This document shows positions 12,581-26,057 of a DNA stretch of 64,000 nucleotides, in pieces. How positions within the stretch are numbered: the first letter of the stretch is position 1; every line of letters begins with the position of its first letter. This stretch comes from Mytilus trossulus. Its lineage: Eukaryota. The stretch covers positions 57,722,001 through 57,786,000 of the forward strand of contig NC_086382.1 of the NCBI RefSeq assembly GCF_036588685.1. The letters run 5' to 3'. The translations under genes were made by a program, and so were the position numbers. Under the pieces are notes generated by a model, which made no database searches, was not told the origin of the DNA, and saw only the letters and a list, made by a program, of their open reading frames with translations.

Positions 12581-12911
12581 TGCAACGTACATACATGGTA
12601 ACTCGTGAGTATTAACACCCCTATAAGTATGCTGGCTTATTACTTTCTTTGGTTTATTTTTGAATCGATAACGCTATTGCTACCAATGTTTACAGAACAA
12701 CAAATGCTAATTGATAAAATAATTCATTGACCAAACAATTAATAATTATTCATAATTGATTTAAACAAAATCATGAAGCGCCTTTTCTATGGAAGTCTTT
12801 GATGTATAAGGCAATTCATGATTTTTATTTATCTTTAATAAAAGTATGAAATATATTTTTGGTATAATAATTGTTTGAAAATATTTTTTTCGTGGTTTTT
12901 TTCTGATTATG

Positions 12912-13110
12912 ATCAGCATTGTCTGGTTGTATGCTAGCGTGTGCCGTTGTTTCTTGTGCGGTAGGTCGTGGGTTCGAACCCTGGTAGGTCAAACCAATGA
13001 CTTGAAAATTGGAAGAATAATGTGTCCAGGTAGGTTGACATGTCTTCCAGCGGAATGTTTACAGAGAATGCTTATAACATGTTCTCGTCTTCTAGAAGCT
13101 TGCAACTGGA
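12912..13110 (+). mobile_element. Degenerate tRNA-derived SINE
   Basis: B-box ggttcgaacc at 12971-12980 in a tRNA-like head followed by ggtcaaaccaatgacttgaaaattgg and ataatgtgtcc..gacatgtct, which I recognise as a mollusc SINE core; decayed minus-strand relatives near 35500-35700 and 45650-45800. Confidence 0.65.
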
Positions 13111-13239
13111 CATAAATATATACATGTATGTACATAAGAACGTGTGCTGAAGCTTTTCAATAGTACAGGTCACAGGAGAATCGGAAAGTTTTGGTTGACC
13201 AACAGAGATTAATTTTAATATTTACTTATAGGCTAGTTA

Positions 13240-13496
13240 GGGAGCTACCATTTGATTTTTATAGGGGGCTAGGATGAAATTTGAAAAAAATAGGCAGGAC
13301 AGGAGTTTTGAGTAAAAAAAAAAGGCAGGATGAGACACGTGCAAAAAAAAAGTCAGGATAAAATAAAAAAAAAAAAGCAGGACCGGATAGAGTGAAAAAT
13401 AAAAAGGCAGGACAGAGATTACAACTAAAAAAAATACAGGACAAAATTTTTCATCCCATTCCCCCCCCCCCCCCTAAATATCAAATGGTAGCTCCC
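13240..13496. mobile_element. PIF/Harbinger-like MITE
   Basis: Perfect 17-bp TIR gggagctaccatttgat, TTA on both flanks, internal A(n)ggcagga repeats. Confidence 0.88.
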
Positions 13497-14991
13497 TTAA
13501 TAAAAAAAACGCATTTCTGTTATATATTTTTTGTTTTTTTTTATTATAATTAGTATGCTGAAATGAGCTAGCTTCTCCCGTTTCAGGCACCCGAACCCCC
13601 CTAAAAAAAGGCTCAAAAATTTTTCGCTTCGCTCCGCTCGGCGATTTGTCTCACTTTAAATGAGCATGCGCTACTGCCTTGTACATTGAATACAAGATAA
13701 AAGCAGAGACAAGATTTTAGATGAGCTATTGCCTACTGATGACACCCGCTTTTAAATGGTCGATAAACAGTGATAAACATTGATTGAATGTTTGTTGCTT
13801 AATTATTATTGGTCGAATGGCATATATTTCATGCATATGCATGAAAATGACGAGCGATGTGAAAATAATCATAAGTTATAGCATGCTCACATTGAAGCTT
13901 GATACCAAATTTCAGAAAGCCTTTGAATGCAGTTCATGGTAAAACGTGATGATAATTTCATGGGACAAAAGGAACATATATTTCTTTTTGAGTGGGGATA
14001 ACATAACAGGTAAATATAGGAAGATGGTTTGAACTTAGACTGAATTCTACAGAATTTATAAAAAGGAAAAAAAATGATTGCATACCTTATAGAAACAGTG
14101 ATGAAACAACAAAGTATTGTCAATAATGCAGCAAGTGACATTCACTTTTAGTAATTAATCATATTTCAATAAATAAAATTTCAAAATAAACACGTGCGAG
14201 TTAGGTTAATTTCTCCAATACTCCGGTCCTCCCAATTTGGCAAGTTATTTTATATTACGTAATATACAAAAGAACCACATGCATAATATGATAAATTATA
14301 GATATATTTTTGTTGTTTGTATTGTCTGGTTGCTGTCTTAACATGCACCATTTTTTTTTATTTACACACGTGGAATTCAAGAAAAAGCAGAGACAACATG
14401 TTTTTGATATTAGCAACACTTAAATTCTGAAAACGAAATGAGCACCAAGCATGCATATACGGTATTCTACATTATAATAATAACAAGTTATAACATACCT
14501 AGTTAAAGATTTAGATCTAAATAGCGCTTTAAGTCTCTTCATGTTTGCTACTTTTTCACATGAGGTTTTTGTTGGAAAGATTTAAAATGAATAAGGGCAT
14601 CTGCCGACGGAAAAAAGGTGCTAATTAAATTTCTATATTATAAAAACAAGGACATATACCAGTTAAAGGCTTGCTTACGTACCATACATGCTAAAATTAA
14701 ATCTGCTGAGGCGAACATAAAAGGAAAAAAATCATTTACGATTTCTACTATAAATATCAGTTCGCTAATAAAATATGTTTTTGCATAAAATGTCAAATTT
14801 AAAGCATTGAATGGTTCATGAACACGAATCGTTTTATGTTTAGAGCCTTTAGATCTATTCAGGTATGACTTTTGTGTTACTAGTCTAGTAGTTTTTGGTA
14901 ACGAAAATGTTCAATGAACTGATTTAGGTTGACCATTGCCCATGGTATCTGTCCTATATTAGAGGGGCCTGATTCAACTTGGGTATTCAAT

Positions 14992-15328
14992 TAAATTAAG
15001 AATGGAAATAGGAAATATATAAAAGAGACATCAACCAAACCATAGAACAAACAACAGCAGAAGGTCACCAACAGGTCTTCTAAGCAGCAAGCAATTCCCG
15101 TACCCGGAGACGTCCTTCAACGAGCTCCTAAACAGATAAATATACTAGTTCATTGATAAAGAAAGCCATACTTAACTCCAAATTGTACAGAAGAAACTTA
15201 AATTAAAAATAATACAAGACTTATCAAAGGCCAGAGGCTCCTGACTTGGGACTAGCGCAAAAATGCGGCCGGGTTAAACATTTTTATGAGATCTCAACCC
15301 TATCAACCCTCCCCTTATATTACTAGCC
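14992..15328 (-). mobile_element. 3' tail of Penelope-like retroelement (same family as 33598-34640)
   Basis: Reverse-complement match to ~34320-34640 (aaaggccagaggctcctgacttgggac...). Confidence 0.7.
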
Positions 15329-15404
15329 TTTTTTACAGAAAAAAAGACATACAGAGCAGAATTCATAAAATAGTCCATTTCACCCTTTCCGTATTTGTAA
15401 ATTT

Positions 15405-15800
15405 ACATTTAACCAAGAGTTCCCTATGGAGAAGTTGTAAGCATCCCTTCGTAAATGTTACGGCCCTCATCACGAGTTGATTGACCGTTTCACAGATGAT
15501 ATATGATATGTCCCTTTGTCGTAACTACAATATCCTTCCCTTTTCACTAATGTGACCTACCGAATGTGAAATAACATAAGCAACACGACGGGTGTCACAT
15601 GTGGAGCAGGATCTGCTTACCCGTTCGGAGCACCTGATATCATCCCAGTTTTGGTGGGGGTATCTTCATTGTCTATGTTGTGTCTTTTAAATTGTACTAT
15701 TATTTTTCTGTGTGTCTTTTTATTTTTAGCCATGACGTTTTCAGTTTATTTTCAATCTATGAGTTTGACAATACCTTGGATATCTTTCGTCCCTCTTTTA
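15405..15800 (+). mobile_element. 5'-truncated Penelope-like retroelement fragment
   Basis: Decayed RT C-terminus LNQEFPMEKL*ASLRKCYGPHHELIDR followed by a tail shared with 914-1108. Confidence 0.65.
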
Positions 15801-17811
15801 AAGATGGAATTTCTATTAGTTTGACTACTTTTTTTTCTGTCTTCTACTTGGACCACCCGGCCACTGAGGCTCCTTTCATAATTGTATTTAATAGGAAGCT
15901 GATTATCAACAATTCTGTCTCGGTGGTGGGATTGTTAAGAAAGGGTTGATGCATGCATGTACTTTTCTGAACAATAATTCGTTTGGTTGTTTAATATTTT
16001 ATAGGTTGTTTTAGATTTTCTGTTGATAATTCGGTAAGATGGTGTATGCCTGAACACAATAAAGTCAGTCTCTTTTATCTTAGACTATATTCAAGGGTAC
16101 TAGCTTGATCTGGCTTAGGTTTGAAGTCATACTAACTGGTTCGTTACTGAAGCTAGATGTTATGAATCATGTTTGCTGCTATTTTCGGAATATTTTCGAA
16201 TTTGTCCTGTATATTAAATAAGATCCTTACTATGCTGGCATATTTATATTTTTAAGACTGATAAAAATAGTCCTGTGTACGTCTGTAGCTTTACTACAAT
16301 AAGGCATGGTGAAATATTTTGTTTTAATATCATAATACTAACCAGGCGTTCTATAAGATTTCTTGCATATATATCTCTAAAGTGTGTTCCCTCATTTTAA
16401 TTGTTAATGATTATGCTGCCCGTTCTCATGTATTTTAATGATTTTTATGATAATTCGAGTTAAATGACTTGCAAAGTGTTCTTAAATTCCATTGGTCTTC
16501 TTTTTGCGAATTAGAGAAATCAGTCATGTTACATTTGACCCCTATACCAAAAGGTGTCTAGGTCTTTCTTTAGCACCAAACAAGCAATATTGGCAGTTGT
16601 TTATTTCTCTATAGCATCATCAGGGTAGAAGATTTGTGTGAAAAGTCACGGATGTCAAAATACGAAAGCCTAGTGATGGCAAAAATAAATAATAACACAT
16701 ATCAGGCTTATAATTTTGTGAGTTGTTAGATGATGAAAAGACAAAATTTGAAGCTGGGGATGTGCTCATTATTTTGAAATCCAGTTTTTCTGTATTTCTT
16801 ATAAATTAAAATACCTGAAACCAAAACCATTGCAAATCATAAAAATAAATATTCTGGTGCAATAAATCTGTAATAAGTCAACAGAGGATTTGAACCGATA
16901 GAGATATTTGCATGCTCATAGTTTTATACAATGTACTTTCCAATTTCTTTTATAATAATTTTAAAATTTTAAAATATGTGCCAAAAGTGCAGTTTAAACC
17001 CATGTTTTGTTTACTTCTATTGCTGAAGAATAACCACCAATGCAATTTATATACTTTACACCAAATGGATCTCAACACTAATTTAATCCAAATCTCTGCA
17101 GCTTTTTCTGCATAATTTTTAAAGTTCGTGTTTCCAGATTTGTGTGAAAAGTTCAAGGTTGGTAGATCCTACCCTGCAAATCATTTGACTTATTTGAGAT
17201 TTAAACTACCAACTACTTTAGTCTCTATTTTGATACAAGCTAAACAAAATTAACATGCTGATTGAATCAAAAACAAATGATCACATGTTGACAGTACCCA
17301 ACACAGCATGTCACTGATGGAACAGTATCTGGTGACCCTTCAAAAGCCTGGGTTCATCTATAACATTTTGATATGTTTTGATATGTTTTGTGTTGTTGAA
17401 TCTTTTGTTTTCTGTTAGTGATTTGTGGACAGTTGCTTTTTGGCTGTTCCTTTTTTTTCTAAGGGCAATGGAGTCTTATTTTGATGGTCAATTTGGTTTA
17501 TGATTGATTTCCCCATAATAGATTTGTCTCTTTTTGAAGATGCATCATAGAAACAGGGATTTATCAAATCAACTGAATAGAATGGTTGACAAATTGAAGA
17601 CAAAATAACTGATGCAAGAAGGGGATCGTGAATAAATTGGATACAATACTGCACAGTAAGAAAAGTAAATTTATTACTTTACCAGTGAGAACTGAAAATA
17701 CCAATCTTATGGATTTGAGAAGGGAAGCAAATTCACAAGATGCTATAATATAAATCAAATCGATGGAAGTAGCAAATAGTTTCACGATGTAAATAGAAGA
17801 CAAATTCACTA

Positions 17812-18142
17812 CAGTCAAACCTGATTAAAGGTCCCAAAACGGTCTCCTCTATTTTAGAAAACACAGCTGACTATGAAGTATGGGGTTTGCTTATTGTTGA
17901 AGGCCATATGTTGACCTATAGTTTTTAATTTCTGTGTCATTTGGTCTCTTGTGGAGATTTGTCTCATTGACACTCATACCACATCTTCTTTTTCATATTG
18001 GCAGAACCTACTACTTTCTCCAGTCTCCACAGTAGTAATACTTAGAGTCTTAGACATTTTGAACCTCAAACTAAAGATCACCTCTCTAGTAAGGTCAGTT
18101 TTTTCTGTTACCAATGGTGACCATTACATACAGTTTTGACTG
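17812..18142. mobile_element. Tc1/mariner-type MITE interrupted by a short interspersed repeat (~17870-18000)
   Basis: TA|cagtcaaacctg ... cagttttgactg|TA; the insert ends cataccacatcttctt, a motif also present near 35470 and 36435. Confidence 0.65.
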
Positions 18143-18193
18143 TATATTGGAGAAGGGATGATAAAACAAAACACAAGAAGTTTTTCCCCAAGA

Positions 18194-18199
18194 TTTATT
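18194..18199 (-). promoter_or_regulatory. Candidate polyadenylation signal of the golgin gene (implies ~2.5 kb 3' UTR)
   Basis: AATAAA on minus strand followed by a GT-rich tract (cttcttgtgttttgtttt); 18200-20712 lacks recognisable transposon fragments. Other AATAAA hexamers occur upstream, so this site is not unique. Confidence 0.45.
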
Positions 18200-20712
18200 T
18201 GATATCACATGTTTATCACTGATATGTTAAGTAAACTGTGACTACTGTAATACATTTTGAACACATTATTTACATATGGCCACAGTTTCATACACAATGC
18301 TGTTTTTTTTCTACTAAATATAACTAATTTATGTATTTTATTTGTAGCACTGTTATCCTTATCCTTCAAACTTTAAATTACTGTATTTGAAGACAATAAT
18401 TATGAAAATGATTTGAGAGCTAACACTGTCATTACAACCTATACATCAACATGATTAAATGATAAAATGATAATTAATGCATCTAAATATAGCTATGTCA
18501 CACAAGTATAGCTATGCCACACACAAGTAAAATCCATCAAAAATATCACTAACCAATCATATTCAAGAATGGGGTTTCCCCCGTTTTTGTGTTGCTGAAT
18601 TTCTGTCTCACTGACATGCATGTGTACTGGAATATCAGGAATATCCTTCTGTCATGGAGGTATTTTGTTGTTCAATTTTTAATCATCATGAGAAGATAGT
18701 GGTTTTAAACCAGCACAAGTTTACTCTATTACCACTATTACCTGTTGCATTGATTTTAATATTTATGATAACCGATTTCATGAGAAACTATAAAACTGAA
18801 TACAAATTATCAACTAGGAAAATAATCTGCTTAGAATTTATCATTTGTATATTTAAATCAAAGCCAATTGGTGTATACAATAAATGAGACAACAATCTAA
18901 CAACACAAAAAAACCCAAGATTTCTATTTTTCAAGAACAGTTATCTATCAATAAATCTATGTATTCAGGCAATTTCACACAAATGCACTTTCAAGCCTAT
19001 GTCAAGAACACAAGAATAAAGTTAAAGCTAACAATACCAAAAATATACTATAAAATAGGTCAGTAATGATTTTTACTGTGGGATGGATAAAAAGGCTACA
19101 ATGTTAGATTATGTCTTTTTTGAAAGCTAACAGCTGGTCATTAAAACCATAAAATATTGGCTTAAATTGCCATGTGCATACATTTAAACAAACCCATGGT
19201 TTATCTTTTTCCATAGTTTTTAGTATTACCTTGTTTGGATGATAATATTTCTTAAACTTATATAAACATACATAATCTTTTAAAAACCAACAGCAGAAAA
19301 ATATAATTCTTAGGTATACAATAAATATAAAGATTAGATATATTAAAGATCATTAAGTACACAGTTTAATGGGTTTTTGTACAGACAAGCTGTTGAAATA
19401 ACTTTAGATCAATATTTATTTTACATGAGCATAGTATAATAAATTATTAAATGATTTAAATGAATTAAATTTTAATTGATTATATACAGAGTTAACAGAT
19501 ACAACTTATATAAATGCAAAAGTTGAACATTTTTTAATATCTATCCTATAATTAAATAAAGTTAAAACTATACATAAATTTATGCCAATCATGATAAAAA
19601 CAGATTTTCTTTCAATCATTTCTTTACTCTCAATTCAATATCCTCATAATTTCACCACCCAAGAAAAAATAATGAGATTATTCATGACAGAAATGTCATT
19701 TCATACAAACAAATTCATTAGCATTTCACACCATTTACATACATATATACATAAAAAGTTTTTAAATATAAGGGAAAAAAATATGAAATGTCAATTGTTA
19801 ACATACATAATACATAATTCATTATTTCATCGTTAGGGTAAACAATCTATTTTGAACTAACCAACAAAAATACTTTCTATGAAAATAAAGTGTCAGAATT
19901 ACTGATAAAAACAACAGCTATGACGTCGTCTACTAGTAAATATAGAAACAACATGAAAAGGTTGGGAAATCTATCACAGAGCTTTTCATAGGAATGTTAA
20001 CCAATATATATAAATAAACTATTTTTTTAAATTTTGATCTCAAATTTGAGCAAGCTTTTAAATTTTAATATCTAACATCAACTTATATAACATGCAAAAC
20101 AGACCTTTAACTAACAACATATAATAAGTTAAAAACAGGGCAGACATGAATGAGGTATGAGTGATAAGGGTCTGATTTTGTTTGTTAAATCTTACAATAC
20201 ATGTACATGTATGTTGAAATCAATATAGACCTACAATTACAAAACATTTGATATTTATATGTATTCAATTTGGGCAATTCAAATACCTTTTATTATTACA
20301 GAAGAAAGCAACATATGAGCCTTATATAGTCTCATTTCTAATTTAAAACTGAAAATCAGTAAGTAATTACTAAATCTACTGATACAGAATTTTATATTTG
20401 GAATGTATAACATTATTCAAAGATTTCCTTTTTTTGTCTCAAAATGTAAAAACAAAACAAAACTTGAAAGCTGCCCAATATATCACAATTTGAAATAAAA
20501 ACAACTTTTGCATCACTTTAGTTTTTGTAGCAAGAGGTATCAACCAATCTATGTACAAATGTACACATGTTTATTTTTCAACAATTCCGGTTAACATACA
20601 GTTTTAACATTTTTTTACAAAACAAAAACAATAGATATCTACAATGAGAGATAATAAATAATTATGCAGGTAACAAATTTTTGATGGATGACTTCTTGAC
20701 TAGATGCATGTT

Positions 20713-20845
20713 TCATATTAAGCCAAATACAGATGCAAACATCATTATATGAAGGAAAACGAAGTAGACCCATATCATTTTCCTTATTCCAGGTCGTTGT
20801 CTCATCAAGCGTGTTAGCTGTCGGCCAGATACACAGTAGTATTCC
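20713..20845 (-). CDS. GOLGB1: Giantin-like golgin terminal coding exon with C-terminal transmembrane tail-anchor
   Basis: Acceptor gatttttag|G; EYYCVSGRQLTRLMRQRPGIRKMIWVYFVFLHIMMFASVFGLI-TGA. Basic segment followed by a hydrophobic helix with Y-x4-H, as in giantin/CASP/golgin-84 anchors. Confidence 0.9.
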
Positions 20846-21328
20846 CTAAAAATCAAAGGGAGACAATTAGCTTACTAACTTTGAGAACATTCAAAAGACA
20901 CAACTTTAATCAAACTACTTTTAATGTGTTAATAGTTTCTTACATTTGTTGCTTACTAAACAAATTAATTCAGATATTTTTTGAAAAACTGAATGCTTGT
21001 AATCATTGGACTTAGTTCTGTGAAACCAATGATCATTAAACTTGATAAATATCAGAACAAATGATATTTCATCATTCTCATGTTTTGATTTTTCCACACA
21101 CTGAAGCAATAAAACCTAACAATAGACACCAATGATGAAGACATCCCAATGTTTCGCTTTACAAGGATTTCATTGCAGACGAGGCAAAAACAGTTAGTCT
21201 TACATCTTCCTTCCAAAGTCCCATGTGTATATATGTGCTTAAAGGATTTTCATGCATATTATTATAAAATTAAATTCAAAATGTTTTCATAAATCTTTAA
21301 GAATAGACAACAAAAATACAATACATAC

Positions 21329-21383
21329 TTCTGTATTCTCAGCCATCTTGTCATTCTGCAGAAATAAGTTGTATCATTTCTCA
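21329..21383 (-). CDS. GOLGB1: Giantin-like golgin penultimate exon (55 nt, phase 1-2), not in ORF track
   Basis: Strong acceptor tttactttcag|TG, donor AA|gtatgt; (L)RNDTTYFCRMTRWLRIQ(K); bridges the phases of both neighbouring exons. Confidence 0.78.
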
Positions 21384-22167
21384 CTGAAAGTAAATCAAAC
21401 AGGGAAGATAAATCTAAAAGGCTTTTTAATATGTAGTGTGAATAATATATTATCTAACAAACTAGGAAAACTTTCAACAGAGCTCACAAGTGTATACATA
21501 CTCTACTTATATAGAGTCTGACAGTGACCCCTAATTGGATAATTATACGTTATTTTTATACGTTGATAAATGTCTGGTAAAGGATAACAAATAACTGTCA
21601 GACACTATATAATTAAAGGCAGGGTTTTCATTAGAGGTTGCCATTTGGTATCTGGCATAAAATATGAAATTTTGGCAAATTACTTCTTTTTTTAGAGGAA
21701 GTTTTTTTACAAAAGAATCATAGCAGTTTGACAGCTTCCATTTTTCAAGTCTCTCCATTTTTTTCTTTATCAGCCTTTTAACCTTAAACTTGTCACATGT
21801 TGTGGTCTTGACAGAACATCAATAATCAGCTGTTTGGAAAAAAAACCCAAGCATTTGATAGATATCAAGATGTTAATTGTATTGCTGAAAAAAATTGTTT
21901 GTACAAATGGCCTCACGTTTCATTTAAATTGGCTGTGTTTACAACTTTAAAAATAAAGTTGGCACTTCCTAATCATTAAAGTCCTTGAACTATAAAATAA
22001 AAATTATCCAATAAATATAATTATTTACAATCCAATAACCCTGGAAAAGGGGATAGGTGGACAGTTTCATTGATTTTGTAATGTCCCTTTATTGAATTCA
22101 TAAATGTATTTTTTTTATTTATTCAAATTCATTGTTTATTTATCAAAATGTTGATGAAGGAATAATT

Positions 22168-22584
22168 AGAGGCTCTAAAGCAGAGGCGGATTTAGGGGGG
22201 GGGGGGGCCCTTTTTGGAAAAAAAATTGGTTGCTTATATAGGGAATCACTGAAGCGTGAGTGGAGCGGGCCCCCTCTTAGATCAGTCAGTGGGCCCCCAC
22301 TAATGAAAATTTCTGGATCCGCCACTGTAAAGAGCCTGTCTCGCTCACCTAGGTCTAAGTGAATATTCAACAAAGGACACAGATGAGATGGATTCATGAC
22401 ACCGGACACAATTTTTAAACTAGATACCCCAATGATGATTGTGGACAAGTTTGATTTTATTTGGCCCAGTAGTTCCAGAGGAGAAGATTTTTGTAAAAGT
22501 TAACAACGGACGAAGACGACGGACGACAGACGATGGATGCCGGACGCCAAGTGATGGGAAAAGCTCACTTGACCCTTTGGGTGA
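22168..22584 (-). mobile_element. Helentron-associated non-autonomous element (intronic)
   Basis: Palindrome ggctct(aaag)agcc plus gctcacct at one end, (gacg)n microsatellite and aagctcac..gtga at the other. Confidence 0.65.
22181..22327. mobile_element. MITE with 5-bp TSD inserted in a Helentron-type element
   Basis: TIR cagaggcggatttag / ctggatccgccactg; TSD TAAAG at 22176-22180 and 22328-22332. Confidence 0.85.
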
Positions 22585-22939
22585 TTTATGTACACCAAGA
22601 CTCCATATAACACATAAATAGAGTTCAAAATTAAAAGTAAGCTTGTTTGCAAAGAGTTCAATAAGTCTGCACGAAATAAAATTAAAGTGGGGAAAAATGA
22701 AATAGTTATCAAAAACCCTGAATAGAGTGCCACTATAAAACGATCATTTTGCCTTTGAAGAAGGTCCATGAAGGACCAAATGGGTCAGGCTATGAATCAT
22801 AAACAGGCACTGTTAATTATTTAATTTCTTCGTTACCCATACTTTTTACTGTTATTTATATACTTTAAACGAAATTTCACTGCTTATCAAAATGACAATT
22901 TATAAAATACAGGTCAAAGTTATAAATAGAGGACAAGTA

Positions 22940-23652
22940 CTGTAAATTCAAAAACTATTGCGTGCATTTATTATTGCCATTTTGTCATTTAAGACTCAAA
23001 TGCAATTTTAACTTTTACAATTTTGAGAAAAATCCTATTTAAAGTCATATGAAAAGAGTGAGTGGTAAAAAATAATGTTTGTCCAATTCTTGAACCAATG
23101 CATGTATACATCATAAACTTAGTCCTCTGTGCACGATTTTATCATTATTTTCGCAAATATATCATATAATCGTCAATTTTTTTTCAATCTGTTTGTAATG
23201 ATTTAACAAATATGGCTGCTCATTAAATGCCATGTTTTGAAGCCGAGCTTTACTGATTGTCACCTTATAGTAAACAAATCACAAAAAGCATGGGTATTGA
23301 GCACGTGTTTAACATGTATAATTAGATATTTGTTTATTTCAATGACAGATCCATGCGTATTGTGGTCACCGGATTTTTACGAGGAGGGTTACGCTCGGGT
23401 CACTATGCATACAGAAAATATGTCGGCTAATTGCTTGCTGGAATTATTAAAAATAAGTAAACTTCTTCTAAATGTGGACAAATTAAAGAATTTTCCTCAG
23501 AAAAAAGTATATGTACATAAGTTGTATAATGAAAACTAACCATTTAGTTATAAAAAACATATGCATATTTTTTTTTTATTTGAGGTTTCTTATGACTTTA
23601 GTTCATATAAAATATTAACAACTTAACCTCGCAATAATTTCTAAACTAACAG
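22940..23652. mobile_element. TA-flanked MITE interrupted by a Kolobok-like element (23043-23597)
   Basis: Outer TA|ctgtaaattcaaaaactattgcg ... cgcaataatttctaaactaacag|TA; inner agtcatatgaaa / tttcttatgact with TTAA and TTAG flanks. Confidence 0.6.
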
Positions 23653-23805
23653 TATATTAGAGATCACCAACATGTATATAAGATCATATAATATAATAAA
23701 AAACAAACACATAAAAGAATATCACAAATCATCATCATTTGAATTAATGTTAAAAAAAGAAATTCAGGTTCTTTATTTAAGCTAAATTCAATTCATAAGA
23801 CTTAC

Positions 23806-23872
23806 ATAACATTGGACTTTCTTCTCTTATTCTGTCATCATCATAATCATCTTCTCCCATATCTATCTTCAA
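23806..23872 (-). CDS. GOLGB1: Giantin-like golgin exon (67 nt, phase 0-1), not in ORF track
   Basis: Acceptor ttttaccaacag|TTG, donor T|gtaagt; LKIDMGEDDYDDDRIREESPML. Confidence 0.8.
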
Positions 23873-24052
23873 CTGTTGGTAAAAGAGTATAACATAACTT
23901 AATTATCATTAATATATACTTTTAAATATAAATTTAATACAAATCTAAGATTGGTTTCACTAATTTTATGGACTTTCTAATAAAGCACATGTATAATCTG
24001 TGAAAAATCATCTAACATTTTAAATACAAAGTTCTCAAAACAATGTTGTTTA

Positions 24053-24520
24053 GGTGTCAGACCACCAATTACTCCCTCCAATTTAGAACGTATGTAAAAG
24101 TAGCCCTACTCTGACACAAAATAGTGCTTTTGATGTCCTTGTTTACTTAAACTAACCAATAAATTTGCAGTAATGAAACTTTTGGTGAAAGAGACATATA
24201 TTTAGACCAATTCGAGCCAAAATTCACTTGTCTATGAGTTTGCATTAAAAAATAAGGATTAATGCGCTACATAGTACACTAATTTAAGATTTCCAGAAAA
24301 CAGAGAGTTATTTTGGTTTTATCTGTCTTTTCAAGATCAGAAATTTGTTACAAGACTTTAAACATTGGTTGAAAATTGGCATGTAGAAAGGTGATACATG
24401 TACAATTCAGCACATACCTGGTTTCCTTGAAATTAAACTTAAGGTAAAATATTTAGAAAGCTGTGAAAATTGCAAAATTTGGTTGAACAGATAGGGATTT
24501 TTAATTGGTGGTCTGACACC
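24053..24520. mobile_element. Non-autonomous TIR element, Kolobok-like
   Basis: Perfect 19-bp TIR ggtgtcagaccaccaatta; TTTA on both flanks. Confidence 0.82.
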
Positions 24521-24740
24521 TTTATACTGTACCTTTCCGTAAGTATTGTTTACAACCAATTTTCTTTTTGATTATTAACAAACAAGTTACAATTTGTATT
24601 TCTAGACCCACAAGATGCATTAACCCTTGATAGATACAATGATTTCATTGATAACTATGACTTATCAACCATAAGACAAAAACTTTGCTATAAATAATCT
24701 TTGAAGTTATGCTAAAGATTTCCTTTGAATATTCACTTAC

Positions 24741-24894
24741 CTCATCTCCCGTCTCTATACACCTAAGCCTAGCCTGGACAGCTGATAGAGCCTCTTCAGT
24801 CTGCAGTCTCTGTTCTCTCTCCATTTGTAATGTCTTTTCCAACCTCTCATTTGTTTCTGTTAATTGAGTTCTCACTCTGGCAAAGTCTGCCAAT
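24741..24894 (-). CDS. GOLGB1: Giantin-like golgin exon (154 nt, phase 2-0)
   Basis: Acceptor cattatag|A, donor GAG|gtaagt; LADFARVRTQLTETNERLEKTLQMEREQRLQTEEALSAVQARLRCIETGDE. Confidence 0.86.
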
Positions 24895-25312
24895 CTATAA
24901 TGAAATATTTCATTGGGTAATTTTAATAGCAATATTTTGTCAATTAAAATTCTATTTCTAACAGCAAAAACTTAGGCAAGTAAGTTATCAGGGGAGATAA
25001 TACATTCATTTATTTATTTATATGCAGAATAAAATTATGCAAATCAAAGTGGTCTCCCCTTGAATAGTTACGAAAGGAATTAACAGTTGGCATAAAATAC
25101 AATTTTAACTTAATTTTTGTTTACCAAACAGGATGAAATTTTAAAGCATTTTCAAGGCTTAAGACATATCTACATACAAACATAGCTTAACCTTTGAGCA
25201 CTTATGCTTTATAAAACTCAGTTGGATTAAACTGCTGACAGTAAAACAGCACACTAATGTCTCATCTACATTGTGTCTTAACAGACCAAACAAAATTAGC
25301 TCGTGCACAAAC

Positions 25313-25485
25313 CTGGCCTCAAATTCTTTGTTTTCCATCCTCATGTCTTCTGATGTCTGTCGAAGTGGTTTGTCATTGATTGAGCTTTGAATAGCTGGCA
25401 ACTTTTCAACTTTGACCTCAGACAGTTCTATAGCATTAGCCTTTTGAATTTTCTCAGATGTAGCTTTTCTTTCAAATGAAATTAA
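25313..25485 (-). CDS. GOLGB1: Giantin-like golgin exon (173 nt, phase 0-2)
   Basis: Acceptor ttttcag|TTA, donor AG|gtttgt; LISFERKATSEKIQKAN...ENKEFEA(R). Confidence 0.82.
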
Positions 25486-26057
25486 CTGAAATATAAAAGA
25501 AATGATTTTACTTCTACATAATCAAAACTGATTATTTGGAACAATATCTCTATTTTTAAGAAATATAAATCAAATAAAAAGTTTCACTGAAAGTCCTACA
25601 AAGTACAAAATAATGTACACCTAAACTCAAATTCATGCAGAGTAGACTATACAGAGATTCAATGAAATTGTCTTTGTCAAATATTATTTTCTGGCAGATC
25701 TAAAAATCACTTGGATAGTAACTCAACTTTATATTATTTAAAATCAAATATCAAATAATTCCATGATACTGAAGCAATATGCCATGTAGTGAAACACCCA
25801 CTTTAATATTAGTGGTACAAAATATGATTGATTGATTATAGATTGATAATTTGATTATTGGCTTCCTCTAATGAAATGAAATTAAGAGCACAAGATAATA
25901 TTCAATTTATGTACACAGATTTTGAACTGTTTTACATTGATGTGTATGTACACACATCTCACTTGCATATTATATAAATATGTCTATTTCTTATCATCTC
26001 AGAAACATCAGTTCATTCTTAGATACTAAGATATCTGTATCATTAATTGGAAAACAG

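Noticed and set aside
12935-12990. tRNA gene
   Set aside because: Only a B-box and a decayed head; no cloverleaf, and it continues into SINE body sequence.
984-19836. Short 60-92 aa ORFs in the ORF track
   Set aside because: They fall in repeats or AT-rich non-coding DNA, show no recognisable domain, and I could not build a consistent exon chain.
21145-21182. Possible hammerhead ribozyme core on minus strand (ctgcaatga...gcgaaac)
   Set aside because: CUGANGA box is broken and I could not form the flanking stems.
21204-21237. 34-nt candidate exon (SHIYTWDFGRKM) that also fits phase 1-2
   Set aside because: Weak acceptor (aaaatcctttaag); exon 21329-21383 has much better splice sites and gives a basic juxtamembrane sequence.
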